The notes: generated by a model not told the origin, from the letters alone. DNA of 64,000 nt from Mytilus edulis (GCF_963676685.1 NC_092349.1:80538001-80602000); one strand, 5' to 3'; positions 23,690-38,357 are shown, counted from the first letter of the stretch. Translations and numbers: made by a program.

Positions 23690-23830
23690 ATTTACGCTAG
23701 ACGCTTGTTTCGTCTACACTCGAATCCAAAAGAGTTAAAAAGGTCAAATAAAGTACGAAGTTGAAGAGCATTGAGGACCAAAATTCCTAAAAATTTTGCC
23801 AAATTTTGCTAAGGTAATCTATTCTTAAGA
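23690..23830 (-). mobile_element. Retrozyme fragment (same family as 8097-8580), ribozyme core deleted
   Basis: rc contains tcctcaatgctcttcaacttcgtacttt...tgtagacgaaacaagcgtctagcgt; further relics at ~42850-42960, ~48470-48565 and ~49812-49930. Confidence 0.65.
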
Positions 23831-24108
23831 CAGAAAAGCCTTGAATTTACTGCAGTTATATATTTTAGTTATGAAAGAGTCAAAAACTAGGTGTACTGAA
23901 TAACTCATTATAGAAATAGCAAAAACAACTATCGGTTTTATAAATGAAACTGTCACACAGGAACCCAAACAGTCAATTCTTACGATAATTACTATGTTTT
24001 CGCCACATGTGCCTACTCATTTAAGCTAGCTTTGCGAATTAAGGTTGTCCTAGAAAAACTATGAAACTACATATTTGTTCAGTAGAAATTATGAATGCGT
24101 CAAATTAA

Positions 24109-24707
24109 GGGCATACGATACAGTTTTGATCCAATAATGTAAATTTAATGAAAATTTGCAATTAGGCTATTTTTTACCTGATTAAATCGAATATGTAATA
24201 CAAATATACCTTTATGTGGTACATTTTGAGTACAATGAAGACAAAATTTCAGTTATTTGCTCAAAATTCGAATTTGTGGACGTATTTTTCCTTCCGTCAG
24301 AAATGCCTAACTTTTTTGTTTTAAGAAAACACAAGCTTTTTTTCTTATATTATTGGTAATTTCTCTTTTATATAAGTATCCTATAAATTTATGATTTTTT
24401 TGGTTTAGAAATAACTCAAATTTATCAAATGTTCACTAGTGTAGAAAAATACGTAATTTTGTGCTGTAAATATATCAATTTTCAAAAAAAAAAATTGCAT
24501 TATTTACGATTTCATGAAAATTGGGACAATTATTTTCATATGTAATCGAATGTTATTTTAAAAAGGGGTCCATGAAGTTAAATCAGTTTGAATGTCAAAA
24601 AACAGTCGAAAATGCATCTTTCCTCGATATGTCACAGGTTGACGTCGCGAAAATAACATTTTACGTTAGTAACGTCATTACATCCCCTGTAACTGTATCG
24701 TATGTTC
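24109..24707. mobile_element. TTAA-flanked MITE (Kolobok-like)
   Basis: TTAA|GGGCATACGATACAGTT ... AACTGTATCGTATGTTC|TTAA (17-bp TIR, 2 mismatches). Confidence 0.8.
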
Positions 24708-24998
24708 TTAAGAAAATACGTCTGTTTTATTTCAATTGATCTTGACTTAATTTTCATTGGTCGGCGAGCGCCATACAACTATTATGTTATTGTGATGCTG
24801 GCATTTTGAGTAATTGGATCCCTATATGTGTGTTGGATTCATGCAAGACATGCAAGGTCTAGATGTCCATCAGACAGAATTCAACTGACCTCCACCTCAT
24901 TTAATGGAACAGTTATCAAGGTGAGTTTTTTGGTTAGATTCGTACCTTAAATGTTATTATCAGTAGGTCAATTATGTTTGGTGTTTGGAATAATTGTA

Positions 24999-26486
24999 AA
25001 AGAAGGACGAAAGATACCAAAGTGACAGTAAAACTCATAAATCGAAAATAAACTGACAACACCTTGGCTAAAAATGAAAAAGACAAAAAGACAAACAATA
25101 GTACACATGACACAACATAGAAAACTTAAGAATAAGCAACACGAACCTCACCAAAAACTAGTGATGATCTCATGTGCTCCGGAAGGGTAGGCAGATCCTG
25201 CTTCAAATGAGGCACTCGCCGTGTTACTTATGTGATAACAAATCCAGTAAATAGTCTAATTCGGTAGATCACATCCATGAAAGGGAAGGGGATTGTAGGT
25301 ACGACGTAAGGAACATATCCGATATCACTTGTGAAACGGTTATTACATAACGGTCAACCAGCTCAAGATGGAGTCTGAAAAATTTACGAAGGGATAATTT
25401 TAACTTCACCATTTGGAACGCTTGGTTTAATAGCTTCCTTGTGAGCAGCAACCCTCTAGCAAGAAAATCATGACAGGAAATGCAAGCACGGGAATATCGT
25501 ATCACTTAGGAGATATATACCCCGTATGCAGGTGCTGCTGGAATGTTGCTACTTAGAAATGGAAAGTTCATAATTGGAAAGCTGAAATCATCTCTTTTGT
25601 CGTAAAGTTTTGTTTTCAACCGACCCTCATTGCCAATTTCTAGATGTATGTCAAGATATGAGGCCACTTTAACTGTATCTGTTGTATCCTTCATCTCTGG
25701 TTCGATGGGATAGATGCGTTCCACATAGTCACCAAATTTTGAATTATTCAGTGAAAGAACATCATCTTTATAGCGGAAAGTAGAGTTAAAGGATATTGCT
25801 AACTTCTTATCTTTCTTCCTTTATGAAGTCAGCCTCATAATAATAAAGAAACAAGTCGGCAAGAAGAGAGGTACAATTTGTTCCCATTGGAATGACGACA
25901 GTCTGTTGAAAAATACGTCCTTCGAACGTAACAAATATTTTGTCAATCAAGAAATCAAGCATCTTGTTAATGTCACTTTCAGAGAATTGTTTGTTTGAAT
26001 CAGAGTGATCCTTTGCAAAGTAGGATTTATTCCTCCCTAAGACAAGATACTTGTATCTACGTTGGCCATTCTTTTTTTATGAAAAAATCAATACTAGCTC
26101 TTTCAATTTGTCATTTAGTTTGGAATGTGGAATACTTGTGTAAAGTGTAGAAAATTCAAATGTTTTAATACTATTACAAGATGAAAGAGAGTTAGATTGT
26201 ATGTATTCTAAAAGATCTTTGGAAGTTTTTAGTATCAACATCTGATTCACTCCACCTATAGAATGGGCAGTTTCACTATAACTTTGAAGCCCGTCTTTGA
26301 TTGCTGATAAAAAGATGTAAATAATTTAGAAAGAGGTTTCGTGGAGCACTTGGAAGACCCAGCAATATTCCGTTGTTTGTAAGGACACTTATGTAGTTTA
26401 GGTCTTCATCTTTGGTTGAAATTCCAATGGAGCATAGAACAGACCCATGATTATCCAGGATTCCCTCTTTGGTAAGTGTCGTGAGA
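24999..26486 (-). mobile_element. Penelope-like retroelement RT (3' half plus tail), decayed
   Basis: IPMGTNCTSLLADLFLY, FRYKDDVLSLNN, LYDKRDDFSF..FPFLSSNIPAAPAYGVYIS..IRYSRAC; the tail is repeated (rc) at 38187-38357. Confidence 0.85.
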
Positions 26487-28935
26487 CAAACGTCTTTATA
26501 GCAGGTTTAGTTTGAACTTGACCTCATTTTCCTAATGTTCCTGATTCATTAGTTAAGGTATTTTTTTATACTAAATTCTATTAGCAATAAACCAAAACCT
26601 TTTAGTATATGCATTGCTTGTCAAGTGTACAAGTCTGTCTGGTAGAATTGTATTTTTCAAGGTTAAAAGGCAGCTCAAAAGGTATAACATAAATACTGAG
26701 CTCCAAGGTTAATTCCGGTAGAGAAGGTCCATAAAACATCAACGTTAAAAATCAACAGAACGAGAAAAAACAAATGTAACATTCCATTTCTTTGTATAGG
26801 CATTTCTGAAGAAATTGTTTAATTAAACCAACTAGCTGAACCTCCTACCTATTTGACAGTTTGATTTGTTTTTTTGACAAAATTTGGTGAACAACCCGAA
26901 AAGGCATAACAGGTAAATATGGGACAATAATTTGGATCTAGTAGTCAAATTTAAAAATGTTAAGATACTAACAAAAACTGACTTAAACATTCTAATAAAG
27001 ATACAAATAAATCGAAGAGGGCAACACAAAACGTGTTGTTGTTGAGAGTATTTTGACAAAGGTGCCAACGATAAAATTTTTGCAGTTGAAAATGTAGTCA
27101 TGGCAAAGTTCGTTTCTCAGATCCATACTAATAATATGAGCAAAAGGATAATATTTGTGTTGTATAGCATGACTGCGATTTGATCATGTCTATCTGATAG
27201 AGTATATCTGATTTACACGGTTTGTTTGTCAAATATGTTTTTCTTGGTTGGGTCTGTTTCGTAGATACCATAAACCATTGGTTAACTTTATATTGGTGTG
27301 TGGGATGATTGCAATGCGAACATGATCGTTTGATAATTGATAACTGATAATGTGATTTTATGTAATAATTGATATATAAGATTTTTCACCTAGACTTTCA
27401 ATATAAATTTAGTCATGATCGGAAGAGAAGGTGCCACATTTCAGACTGTGCAATTTTGAAATATAGTTTAGATTTTACAAAATTAAGGATTTGATTTGAA
27501 AAAAGTAATGATCTCCGTTATTCATTTTCTCGATTCCTTTTCCTGATTTAGTTTTATCTTAAGCCTGTTTGGTTATTTCAGATTTCAACGTTTTTATACG
27601 ATATTGGCTTTTCCTCCTTTTGTAATCCGGAATCATTCGGAACAAAATTGATATTTCAAATACAAATCTTGAAATAAAATTGATCCCGTTAATGTTTTAA
27701 CAGTCTCTGATGGTATAACCAGACCATGGGCTTAGTATTTTGGATTTATCAATTTTGTGCAGTAAAATTGGTTCCTCAAAATCGATTGCAGTCATTCTAT
27801 TTATATCAAAACAAAAACTATTCCACTCATAGATTGCATCAATACTATTTTTATCAAAACAACGTTTTATTGACTCAAAAATGTTCAACTAGAATATTTT
27901 TGAAAAGCAGAGGACATAACATTACTTGTATAGGACATGAAGTGAAGAGTTTTGAAAACCTTCAAAATAAAATAACTTACGGTAAGAAAAACGCTTTCCA
28001 ATTTTAACTTTCACAATTACTACATAGCAATTAGTACTATGACTTCCCAAAACTATTTCCAGTTAATGTTGATTTTCTGTAAAATACGTTTTCTCAACTG
28101 GATTACAGAAGGATACTAACTATGATATCCATAACATATATATATATATATAAAGTTATTATTATACAGTGTCAATCGATGCTAAATACTCATGATAATG
28201 TTTTGAAAACGCTTTAACAAGTGTACCGAATATTTCTTTTCAACTATTCAACGTCTGTGATATGATTTAGAGTTTTGAATATTTTTGACTTCAAAATTCA
28301 TCAATAAGATATTGATAAACAAAATGCAAATCCAGTGCAATAAAATGTGTACTGTGAATGTTTGTTCAGGGAGCAAAAAAAATATAGTGGAGTGAAAACA
28401 TGAGCCCAAAATTTGTACGTGTCAAGTCAGGGCACCATGTTTAGCAAATCTAAAGCCCCAATATCTAGACTAATATAATCACGTATGTCGTGATAACAAA
28501 CAAGACACAATATCTATACAACTATTTCAGTAAAGATGCAATACAAATACAAAGCTGAACCTTTGTTCATTTACTTTTGGAGTTGTTTTTTATATTCTAA
28601 ATTACGAAGACTGTAGTTATATCTTCTCATTGAATTGACAATATACTTTTATTTCGATTTCATCCCTCTTTACATAATGAAACTATTAAAGTAATAACTA
28701 ACACAATACACGGTCGAGATGAACAGTAATAATCTCTTGACTCTGTTATGTTTCGTGCAACATTAATCAAATCACATGCTTCTAACCAACCAGTAGTGTA
28801 AGACCAAATAATCTCAATCGACCTCTAGTTATTATAGCATATCAAGCATTTTCTAAAAATAAATATATCTAATTTAAATAGACTTTCCATAACATCTAAA
28901 AATAATATAAGAAATAACAATAGCTGTTTGGGTTA

Positions 28936-28979
28936 ACCTGATAGTGGATAGGCCAGTACCTGATAGTGGATAGGCCAGT
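28936..28979. repeat. Perfect 22-bp tandem duplication
   Basis: acctgatagtggataggccagt x2. Confidence 0.95.
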
Positions 28980-30852
28980 ATTATATTATATATTATTCCC
29001 AATTGTAAAGCTAGGAATGGAAAATGAAAGGTAAGATTATAGCTGTTTTCAACACGTTCTGATTCTATATATATAGACAAACATTGATCTATGACATCTA
29101 TTTAGCCGCAATTTTTATAGTGTGTTATTTCTTTTATTAAAGGTATCTTGTTTGGAATATATTTCTGTGAGCTTTCTTTTGATACAAAAATAAGAAGATG
29201 TAGTATGATTGCTAATGAGACAACTACCCATCAAAGTTCAAATAAAGTGGGTTTCAGCAATTAAAGGCAACCAACCGTACGGCCTTCATGTTGATTTAAA
29301 CTTTTTTTTTACTATGAAATAAATCATAAAATATAATAGAATACAGTATACATGGTATACACAAATAATATCCAGAAGCAAGCAACATTGCTTATTCTTA
29401 TCTGTCTCTCTTGTAATGTTATTGTATCATTTTGTGTTTTTTTTTTTATGATATATAGTTAATCAAGGAAAAACCCACACTTGTGAATGTTTCCTCTAAT
29501 GTAAAACCTACATTTCCAAAACACAGTAACGTTCATCCGCTTGAAAACCTGTAAATTTTGAGGAAGATATAAACGCTTTCTACTGATTATTTGGACTAGA
29601 GAGGTAACATTGTTATTATTAATTTTATATGATTGACTTACACATTTTATTTGTCATCGTAGGTTTTAAAATACATGAGAAAATAATTAGGAAAATTGGA
29701 AACACGGATTAAAAAAACTGACATATGACTTGTTAGAACTAATATCTGAAATGTCAAGACCGTTAGGTTTATAATTTGAAAAGAATTCGTTTAGTTGTAC
29801 AGATGCTGAAAAAGCAGGATTTTGCGCTATGCCAAATTGTTTGTATCTACAATCTCGCAAGACCAGGCATCTTTATTCAGATGAACAAACTGCCATACAT
29901 GTCTAGTTGTATAACAAACATTAGAAAAACAAAAATACCAAGAAAAATTCAAAACGTAAAGTCGCTTAATCAAATGGAACAAAAGCTCAAACACATCAAA
30001 TCATATTTCTGACTTTGTACAGATATTTTCTCAGAAATAAAAAAAATAGTCAATTGGAGTACTCATAAAAATTATAATCAAAGATCGTGTATTTGTGGTA
30101 ACGAAATAATAATATTTTCCTAGCTACTGATCGATTACGTTCATTGAAATTTAAAACATCTCAACTCATTTTACAAATACAATTACAAAATCCATAGAAC
30201 AAAAAGATGGTAAATGAGTTTTTTGCAGGTTTTTTTTTTTGTGTGTGTTTCAGTATCTTTTTTTTTTGTCTCTTTTTGATTTTGATGTCCTTGTTCCTTA
30301 AAAAAAAAATCGTGAAACTGAAATCGATATCATTTGTTTATTTTGCTTCATATGTTCTCTCCCCCCTTTATTGATAAAATATGCTACATATGAATAAAAA
30401 AAAACACCTCTATTTTGTGCTGTAGTGAATAGTTGTCTTATATGTGATATTTGCGAATCATGAGTGGAAATATAGAGCCACTTGCTTAAATAATTTTACA
30501 AACTTTCAACTGTGTACATATACACATATACTGCTGATGCTACCACAACGTTTGTTACGTTAAAACAATATGCCATTATACGTTTTCAAAATATCAAGTT
30601 TTTTATAAGCATCGATTGTAGACATATGCTTTCATTCAAAAACATATCCATCTATTTCAATGATGTTTTATTGATTGCATTTTTTTAAAAGTATAAATGC
30701 TACACATTTTATTTACGTTTAGTTATATTTAAATGGTGGTAAAAGAGTTGTAAATTTGACCGAAGCACCTGAGGATTTGGGTTGTGATCATGTAACTCAG
30801 TCTTAAGTTATCATGGTCATGTTTTGTAGACCGTTCTTTTACTTTATGTTAT

Positions 30853-31430
30853 ATTTACATAACTTTGTTCTACTTATGGTCTTTGCATTGCTTCATTGGT
30901 TTTTTTTCTGCCTCCATTTGATCTATTGGAAAACTTTCAGTTAATTCAAGAAAATAGTAATGGGAATTTCCGTGAATGTTTTAAATAATTTTAAAAGACT
31001 ATGTTATACATACCTGAACAAATGACAATAATAGTAAACGGAACAATGATTGACATTGTATGTTTACCTGTATATAAGTAGATGTTAATATATCACGTTA
31101 CATATAATATTCCTTTTGAAAACCTATGTGTTTCATTTACATAACTTTGTATGCATATTCTTCTACTTATGGTCTTTGCATTGCTTCATTGGGTTTTTTT
31201 CTGCCTCCATTTGATCTGTTGGAAAACTTTCAGTTAATTAAAGAAAATAGTAATGGGAATTTCCGTGAATGTTTTAAATAATTTTAAAAGTCTATGTTAT
31301 ACATACCTGAACAAATGACAATAATAGTAAACGGAACAATGATTGACATTGTATGTTTACCTGTATATAATTAGATGTTAATATATCACGTTACATATAA
31401 TATTCCTTTTTGAAAACCTATGTGTTTCAT
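30853..31430. repeat. Recent tandem duplication, ~282-bp period x2
   Basis: Units start at 30853 and 31135, near-identical, with attt microhomology at the junction. Confidence 0.92.
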
Positions 31431-31825
31431 TTTAGATCTTGTAATTTCGAAAGTGACGGGGATTTTATTTTACAATCCTTGTCCTGCTTTGATATTCCTT
31501 TAGTTTTTTGTTTGCTTCTATTTTGTTTTGTTATTTCATTGTTTGAATTTGTCTATAGTATGTATATTTTCAGTAGTACAACTAAAAAATCAAAGGAACT
31601 GTGAATGTTTTGGCCTGAACTTGTTTCTCATTTGAAAATTATGAAGGTTTTGTCTATTCTTAAATATAATTAATATTTATAGGACGTATAAATCTGAAGC
31701 GTTTTCAAGTTAAAACTTATCGAAAGATTAAAAAGATAAAGCATGACATGGAATGTATATCAATGACAATTGTGTTTTCCTCTTTTCGGCACATATATAC
31801 GTACTTTAACTTCCATTGGTTATTT

Positions 31826-34800
31826 TGTATGCATGGTTCGAAATCTTTTTCCGAGTTAATCCGGGGATCTATTACTTCAGAAATAAAGCTACACCTGTAA
31901 TTTCATATAATAACATCAGGTCTATTGCATCTAAGATTATCAACCATAAGAGGGTTTTACAGGCCTTTAACCTCTGGATTTCTACTGTGCATAGTCAAAA
32001 TACTATTAAAGTTTAGCTGGTCATGGTGTTACGGGCCACAGAGGCATCGTTAACAATGAACAGCTAAGGGAGTTGTTGACCGAGGGGCCAAATTACAGAA
32101 ATCCCAAGCCACTCTTCTGGACAAAGAACTTCAGATTCTTGATGGAAGCAGTTGAGAACTATCATAAAAAACTACTAAAACTCAAACCAGACGAATCAGA
32201 ACTGGACACTTTGTCTGAATGGGTCAAAGCTATTCAAGCATGCAATCCTAAGCGAATTCAGAAACTACGATCTATAATGAGCACATGGATGTCTAACCCA
32301 TTCATCCATTGTGGATGCTTTATCCTCTATTCATGACAAAAATGTCCTTGTTCTTGCAGATAAAGCCTCAAATAATATTGTCTTCGTATGTTAAAACCAT
32401 TATTTGCATTGTCTCACAAAAGAGCTTGGAATAAACAGCACAACTGGTATTCCTTCATGTCCTTTGACATCATATACAAAGGATGAAATTTTATAAAATC
32501 AGAAATCTGTCGGTATTTCATTTGGTATAAACATCAAAGAAAATGACGAAAATCTCCCGTCAACATATTGGATACCAAAACTTCATAAAACTCCGTGTAA
32601 AGATTGATACAAAGTTAATCATCTGTCTGAAGAAATTATTACTATTCTTTCCACAGTAAAATATATTCTTCAAAAAATATTATGATGCGATAAATTCAAA
32701 CAGTGGTGTCAATCAGATGTGGATTCTCAGAATTCTAAAGATCTAATGAAAAATTTCAGATCTCAATCTCTGCAATTTTGCAGCAACATTTTAAAAGACC
32801 TTTGATTTGTCTCCGCGTTACACTTCTATTTCTCATGCTCGATTGAAAGATCGACTTCACTATCTCATTAAAAAGAGCTTTTTCTATAAAAATGGGAATC
32901 ACAGATATCAAGTTCTTATTGTGGGTTATAAAATTTCTAATTTTGTGAAGAAGCACACTGATTCTTTCAGATAATATAGGGCAGGTGATAATGTCAAAAT
33001 GATGGATTTTTAAATCGGCATTTTTTTTATTTTTTTAGTTTGGAGGATTGATATTTCAACAAACAGTCGGTATTCCAATGAGTATTAATTGTGCACCCCT
33101 TTCTAGCCGACTTGTTTTTGTAGTCGAATGAAGCAGAATTCATTCAAAACCTTCCAAAAAAGACAATAAGAAATAACAACTTGCAAAGTTCTTTAATTTT
33201 ATTTTCAGATATAGTAATGATGTCCTATCTCTGAATAACCTTTATTTCAGTCAGTACTTGCATCTCATATATCCTAGTGAACTTGAAATTTAGAATTCCA
33301 CTTATACAAGAATGATTGATTTATACCTAGATCTTTCATCAATATTGGCACATATGGACGACTTCACATTAAAGTCAATAACAAACGGGTTCAATTTCCC
33401 ATTTCTCTGCACTATTCCGACTTTATATACAGAAGTGTGCTCCTTACGCAGAAACTGCTCCAACAGATTTATGAGGACAGATTAGAAAATAAAAATACAT
33501 AAATTTTATAGACAACATCCAGAATTGGTTGATCTGTGTCAAAACTAACTAATGACATTTTTACCACGTCTAATATTGTGGGTTTTCGTCTTTTCGTACA
33601 GTTTTCTTTGTCTATGTTGTCTGTTTGCTAAGTACCGAAAGTGACCTATTCCCGAATATGACAGTTATACCGAGAGTGAATTTACATTGCTATATGACGT
33701 GTCTCAGTATTTTGTACATCCAACATATCCAGAAATCAACGCCACTTTGCTTATTTGAATATTATACTAAAGAAATCGGATACGGGTCACGGAAATTACA
33801 TTAAAATGATAGGGAATTTTGAAAAAATGTCTGTTGTAATTTTAATTTAAGTGATAGACAGGTTGCCGGGGCAGAAAATGAATATACACAACAATATACA
33901 CCATTTAAACGAAACATAATGACTGTTGTTGCAAAAATACAGGTTCCTGAGCTATTTTAAAAATCGAAGCGAGAGGCTTTTAACATTGCAGTGTAAAATA
34001 CAGGCTAAAATGGCTGAAACGTCAAATTTGCAAACTTCGTGTTGAAAATTGGCTTACAAGGTCATTACAAAAACAGGTTGCCGGGGTGAAATATGAAACT
34101 TGAATTTCCAAAGAATAAGCAAGTCCAAACCTTGTATGTGTAGTCATTGAACTTTAGGTTCCCACGTAAAATTAAAATGTCACTATTTCAAGATGAATAA
34201 ACTCACGAAAGCACGAAAAATTCACTAAATTCGCGTTCATTGTTTTGATTTTGACCGCCTGACAACTTTACGGAAATATCAAAGTGATTGTAAATAAGGA
34301 CTCTCTGACGGGCAACTTATAATATCCGTGTTTTAAAGATTTTAATGATATCAAGCCTATCAAGACAGTCCAGTTCAAAGTACTATCACGTGGTACAATT
34401 CTCATTTACATATTATGAATATTAATTAGCAAAACCACTACTAATTTCTGGCTATGATATTCATGTATTTTTTTTTTATGTTTTTGATATAAATTCGGTT
34501 GAATTATGTTATGTCATACTGTTTGTTGTCAAAATAATAATAAAATTTCTTTTCAATACCAGCCTTTTCATCTTTTCCCGAATATGACTGTGAATTTGCG
34601 CTGCTGTGCGGCATGTTTCGGTGTTTTTACATCCTACATTCATAGATTTATTTTTTATGTTTTTATAATGGTTCCGTTTGGATAATCTGTTGTCTTATCG
34701 TTTGCAGTTCGAATAATTATACGATTGCCTTTCCATACCATTATTGTTATGAAAATTATTCGAGATTATATGTAAGTTACGTAATAAAGCGCGTAACTTT

Positions 34801-35070
34801 TTTTATATGCTGTGTTTTTTGTCCTTGATGGAATTTCTTAGTTGTAGTTCTGTGGTTTGTAAGTTGTGTGACTATTATATTTTTTGTGTGTGTGTATTTC
34901 TTTGTTATGAATGTTATTGCATGTGTTTGTGCTGTATTTCTGCTACGCAGTGTTTTAGCGATATTTTTTAAACATTGTCATAAGGTGGGGGGTTTGGCAT
35001 GCCATTAAACCAGGTTCAACCCACCATTTGTTTTAAATGTCCTGTACCTAGCCAGGAATATGGCAGTTCG
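31826..35070 (+). mobile_element. Penelope-like retroelement (RT plus long 3' tail with an internal ~190-bp duplication), decayed, interrupted by a MITE
   Basis: PVISYNNIRSIASKI, LLTEGPNYRNPK, YWIPKLHKTP, VGIPMSINCAP (~33066), FRYSNDV (~33204); the tail is homologous to 36900-37600 and to the rc of 55545-55880/57682-58215. Confidence 0.8.
33724..34455. mobile_element. TIR element inserted in the Penelope tail
   Basis: catatccagaaatc..tttgcttatt vs rc end catagccagaaatt..tttgctaatt; the host catccaac/attcatg rejoins across it. Confidence 0.6.
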
Positions 35071-36899
35071 TTTCTATGTGTGTTAGCTTTTGTTTTTGTT
35101 AAAGCAAAGAGATGAATAATGTCTCCCCTTTAGGAGGTTACATTACTCAGTAATTAACACACAATAAGAAGATGATAAAATGAAGTGTCATATCTCTGAT
35201 TTAATTGTTTTTAGTCCTGCTTTAGATTATGTTGAAATTAATTTTGGTCTATTCATAGCTTCTGCGACCACGACCCTCAACAACGTTAAATCTAAAGTTG
35301 ATAAGGATCTTTTGTTTGGGTTAAGTCTGAATATGTTACATCTAAATGCCATCTTGCCTTAAATGCTTAAATCAATAGATTTGCCTTCATTCAGTGTTTA
35401 TTCATGATTATAAATGCTAACAATACAAGGCTTTCAATTATTGGTTAAACCCTTGCTTTTTATATATTGTATAAGTTTACCTAAAAACTTTTCTTCCAAA
35501 TAAAAATCGTTTCAACAATAAAACATATGAGGATGAATAAATGCAGATTTTGTTTATTCATCATTGAGACTTCCACCAATAACGCACGGACGAGGATGAC
35601 TTTTAACAACCTTGGCTACAAATGAAGGTTTTGCACAGACAGTCTATAGCACAAGTTACACACACATACATAAATATTTAATGATCAGCATACGTTATAC
35701 TGTTGTCTCTTCAGTATTTCGATCTCCAGATCTCTCAAGAAGACAAATAGTTATGCATCAATTTATCAGGACTAACATTTTCTTTATTACTTGAAAATAT
35801 CTTCCACTCATCAATTTTATCAATACCTTTTTATCAATAAAAAAGAGTGAATAGCAAACTATGGGACACAATGCAATAATTTTGTGAAACAATCCGAAAT
35901 ATAAAAGAAAAGTATGACAAAACACTAGCTTTTTATTGGTAGTTCCCCAAAGAGTTACATACAGTTTATCATTGATAATTGTATCAAACAAATCGTGAAA
36001 TTCCCTAAATTAATGCCGTTTAATGTTGCTATTAATAAACTACTGTCTTGTAATAACAAAAATACCATCCATATACAATTTTCATCTATTTACATTTATA
36101 ATCAGACATTTAAAACCCAAGTATGAATTCAAAATAGTTTCGGGAAATTTCTTCTCCTTAAATATAATCTTCACCTGTTTGTTTTGTATGAGGTCGCAAC
36201 AGTAACAATCATATCAATGCATTTATAGTCTCTTTCTAAAAGAAATATTTGTCTATGGTAAAGAAATAAAGAATTCTGTGCGAGTGTAATTAGGAAGGAT
36301 TTTAGTTCCTCCTTATTTCGAGTATACATATATTAGGTAAGTAGCAACCTTAATCATGCCAAATCTTGTTATGTCAATTTGTGTAAAGTGATTTTAACCA
36401 GTAAAAAATAATTAAAATTTGTGTTTGCAATGTGTTGATAATCTGTATCAAACATTTATAATAATAATACTTTATTCCGAAAGCAATACAGCTTATAGGA
36501 TGCATATACACAATTTTACACCAATATACGAATTTTACAAGAGATATATAATATAGCATATATATTTAGCATGCTTAGATAAAGCAATCGAACAAATACA
36601 ATGAAAAGATCAAATCAAATCTCCATGATAGGCAAACTTTTGCATCAAATGGAAAGTTTAAGTAAAAACTATAGCAATCCCGGAGTACAAATTCCGAATT
36701 AATGCCATCCCTTTTCTCGATCTGCGAGTCTACCTGTAGTGAAAAATCCATAACCATCGGATATGAAACTTCATTTTAGTCAACATGCATTACAATTCTG
36801 AGCCATAACTCCTCATTGTTCATTGGAATAGGTCATAAAAACCATTGTGCTTCTTACATATAACATGTGTTTTTAATGTCCTATTGAGTTTGGAATGTC

Positions 36900-37600
36900 A
36901 TTTTGTACATCCAAAATTCATTAATGTATTTTTATGTTTCTGTTACGTTTTCGATTGAACAGTGTGTTATGTCTTATCGTTTGTAGTCCTAAAAGTTATA
37001 AAAATGCCTTTCAATACCATCATTGTCACGAAAATGTTTTAAACGAGTATTGTCAAAATAATTAGTATAAAGTTCGAGATCGCATTCTAAATACGTAAGC
37101 GCGTCACTGTTTTTGATATCCTATAGTGTCCGTCGTTGATGGAATATATTCGTTGTTGTTTGTATGTTGTGTCGACTATTATTGTATCAGTTTGTACATT
37201 TCCCTCTGATAAATGTTCTTTCGTGTGTTTGTGCTGTATTTCTGTAATAACATTAACGGTACCAACTTTTCTGCACCAGATGCGCATTTCGAAAATACAT
37301 ATCTCTTCAGTGATGCTCGTGGCCAATATATTTAAAATCCAAAGCTTATCTAAAAAGTGATGAGCTATAATTCAAAAGGTCTAAAAAGAATAGCCAAATC
37401 CGTGAAAGGAATCAGAGCTTTGCATGATGGAGATAAATTCCTGAATTCAACTGTAACGTAGAACTGCCATCTTAGCGGTATTTCGTAACATTGTCATAAA
37501 GGGGGAGGTTTGGCTAGCCGTAAAACCAGATTAAATCCACTATTTGTTCTTAAAATGTCACTTACCAAGTTAGGAATATGACAGTTGTTATCAAATAGTT
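36900..37600 (+). mobile_element. Penelope-like 3' tail fragment interrupted by a retrozyme (~37250-37450)
   Basis: Collinear with 34620-35070 on both sides of the insert. Confidence 0.65.
37273..37316 (-). ncRNA. Type-I minimal hammerhead ribozyme (second retrozyme family), catalytic core intact
   Basis: Minus strand: gcatca-CTGAAGA-gat(atgtatt)ttc-GAAA-t(gcgc)a-TC-tggtgc; 6-bp stem I, palindromic loop 3, weak stem II. Confidence 0.78.
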
Positions 37601-38186
37601 CGTTTCTATGTTGTAGGTCGTTGATATTGGGATTATACGGAATCACTATCAGTGGAATAACTAACAATACATGAAAATGAACTGTACAAAATAAATAATT
37701 TCAGAGAAACATCTTAAACCAATGTTTTAGTTGATCGCCATTTTTAATCAGTATAATATGATTGGGAACACAAACTACCTTTTCCCTTGATATACCAGTT
37801 TACCTTCAGTGAAAGTTCAATAACCAACGTTATCAAAACTATTTAAGTCAAACGTATTACGATTTTCTTTACATTAAAATTCGCTGTTTATCTAAATAAA
37901 CCGTTTTTTTTCTTTTATCAAGATCATACATACACATTAGTAAAAAAACAAAAACAAAATATGTATAATTATATTAACATGAGTTGTGAATGTCCTTATA
38001 AATTTTGAATGCCCTTTTGAGTTTTGGATGTCACCTTTGATATTTTCTATTTCTTTTTTAATTAGACAATATATTTTTTTCTTTTGTCCTTTTGATTTTA
38101 ATAGTGCAGTCAGTATAAAAATAATAACAGATTTCTAAGTGGATGAAACCTAGATTATTTTTTATATTAAGTTATATAACCCAAAA

Positions 38187-38357
38187 CTCATCCCCTAGTT
38201 TTTGGTGGGGTTCGTGTTGTTTATTCTTTAGTTTTCTATGTTGTGTCATGTGTACTATCGTTTTTCTGTTTGTCTTTTTCATTTTTAGCCATGGCGTTGT
38301 CAGTTTGTTTTAGATTTATGAGTTTGACTGTCCCTTTGGTATCTTTCGTCCCTCTTT
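38187..38357 (+). repeat. Solo 3' tail of the Penelope-like family seen at 24999-25200
   Basis: rc match to ~25000-25165. Confidence 0.75.

Noticed and set aside
27100-27900. Coding-like minus-strand stretch (ORF 27697..27888)
   Set aside because: Multiple stops in the frames I translated and no recognisable family.
36575-36800. Minus-strand GFFTTGRLADR resembling MFS transporter motif A
   Set aside because: Surrounded by stops, with no splice-consistent exon or partner exons; would need tblastn support.
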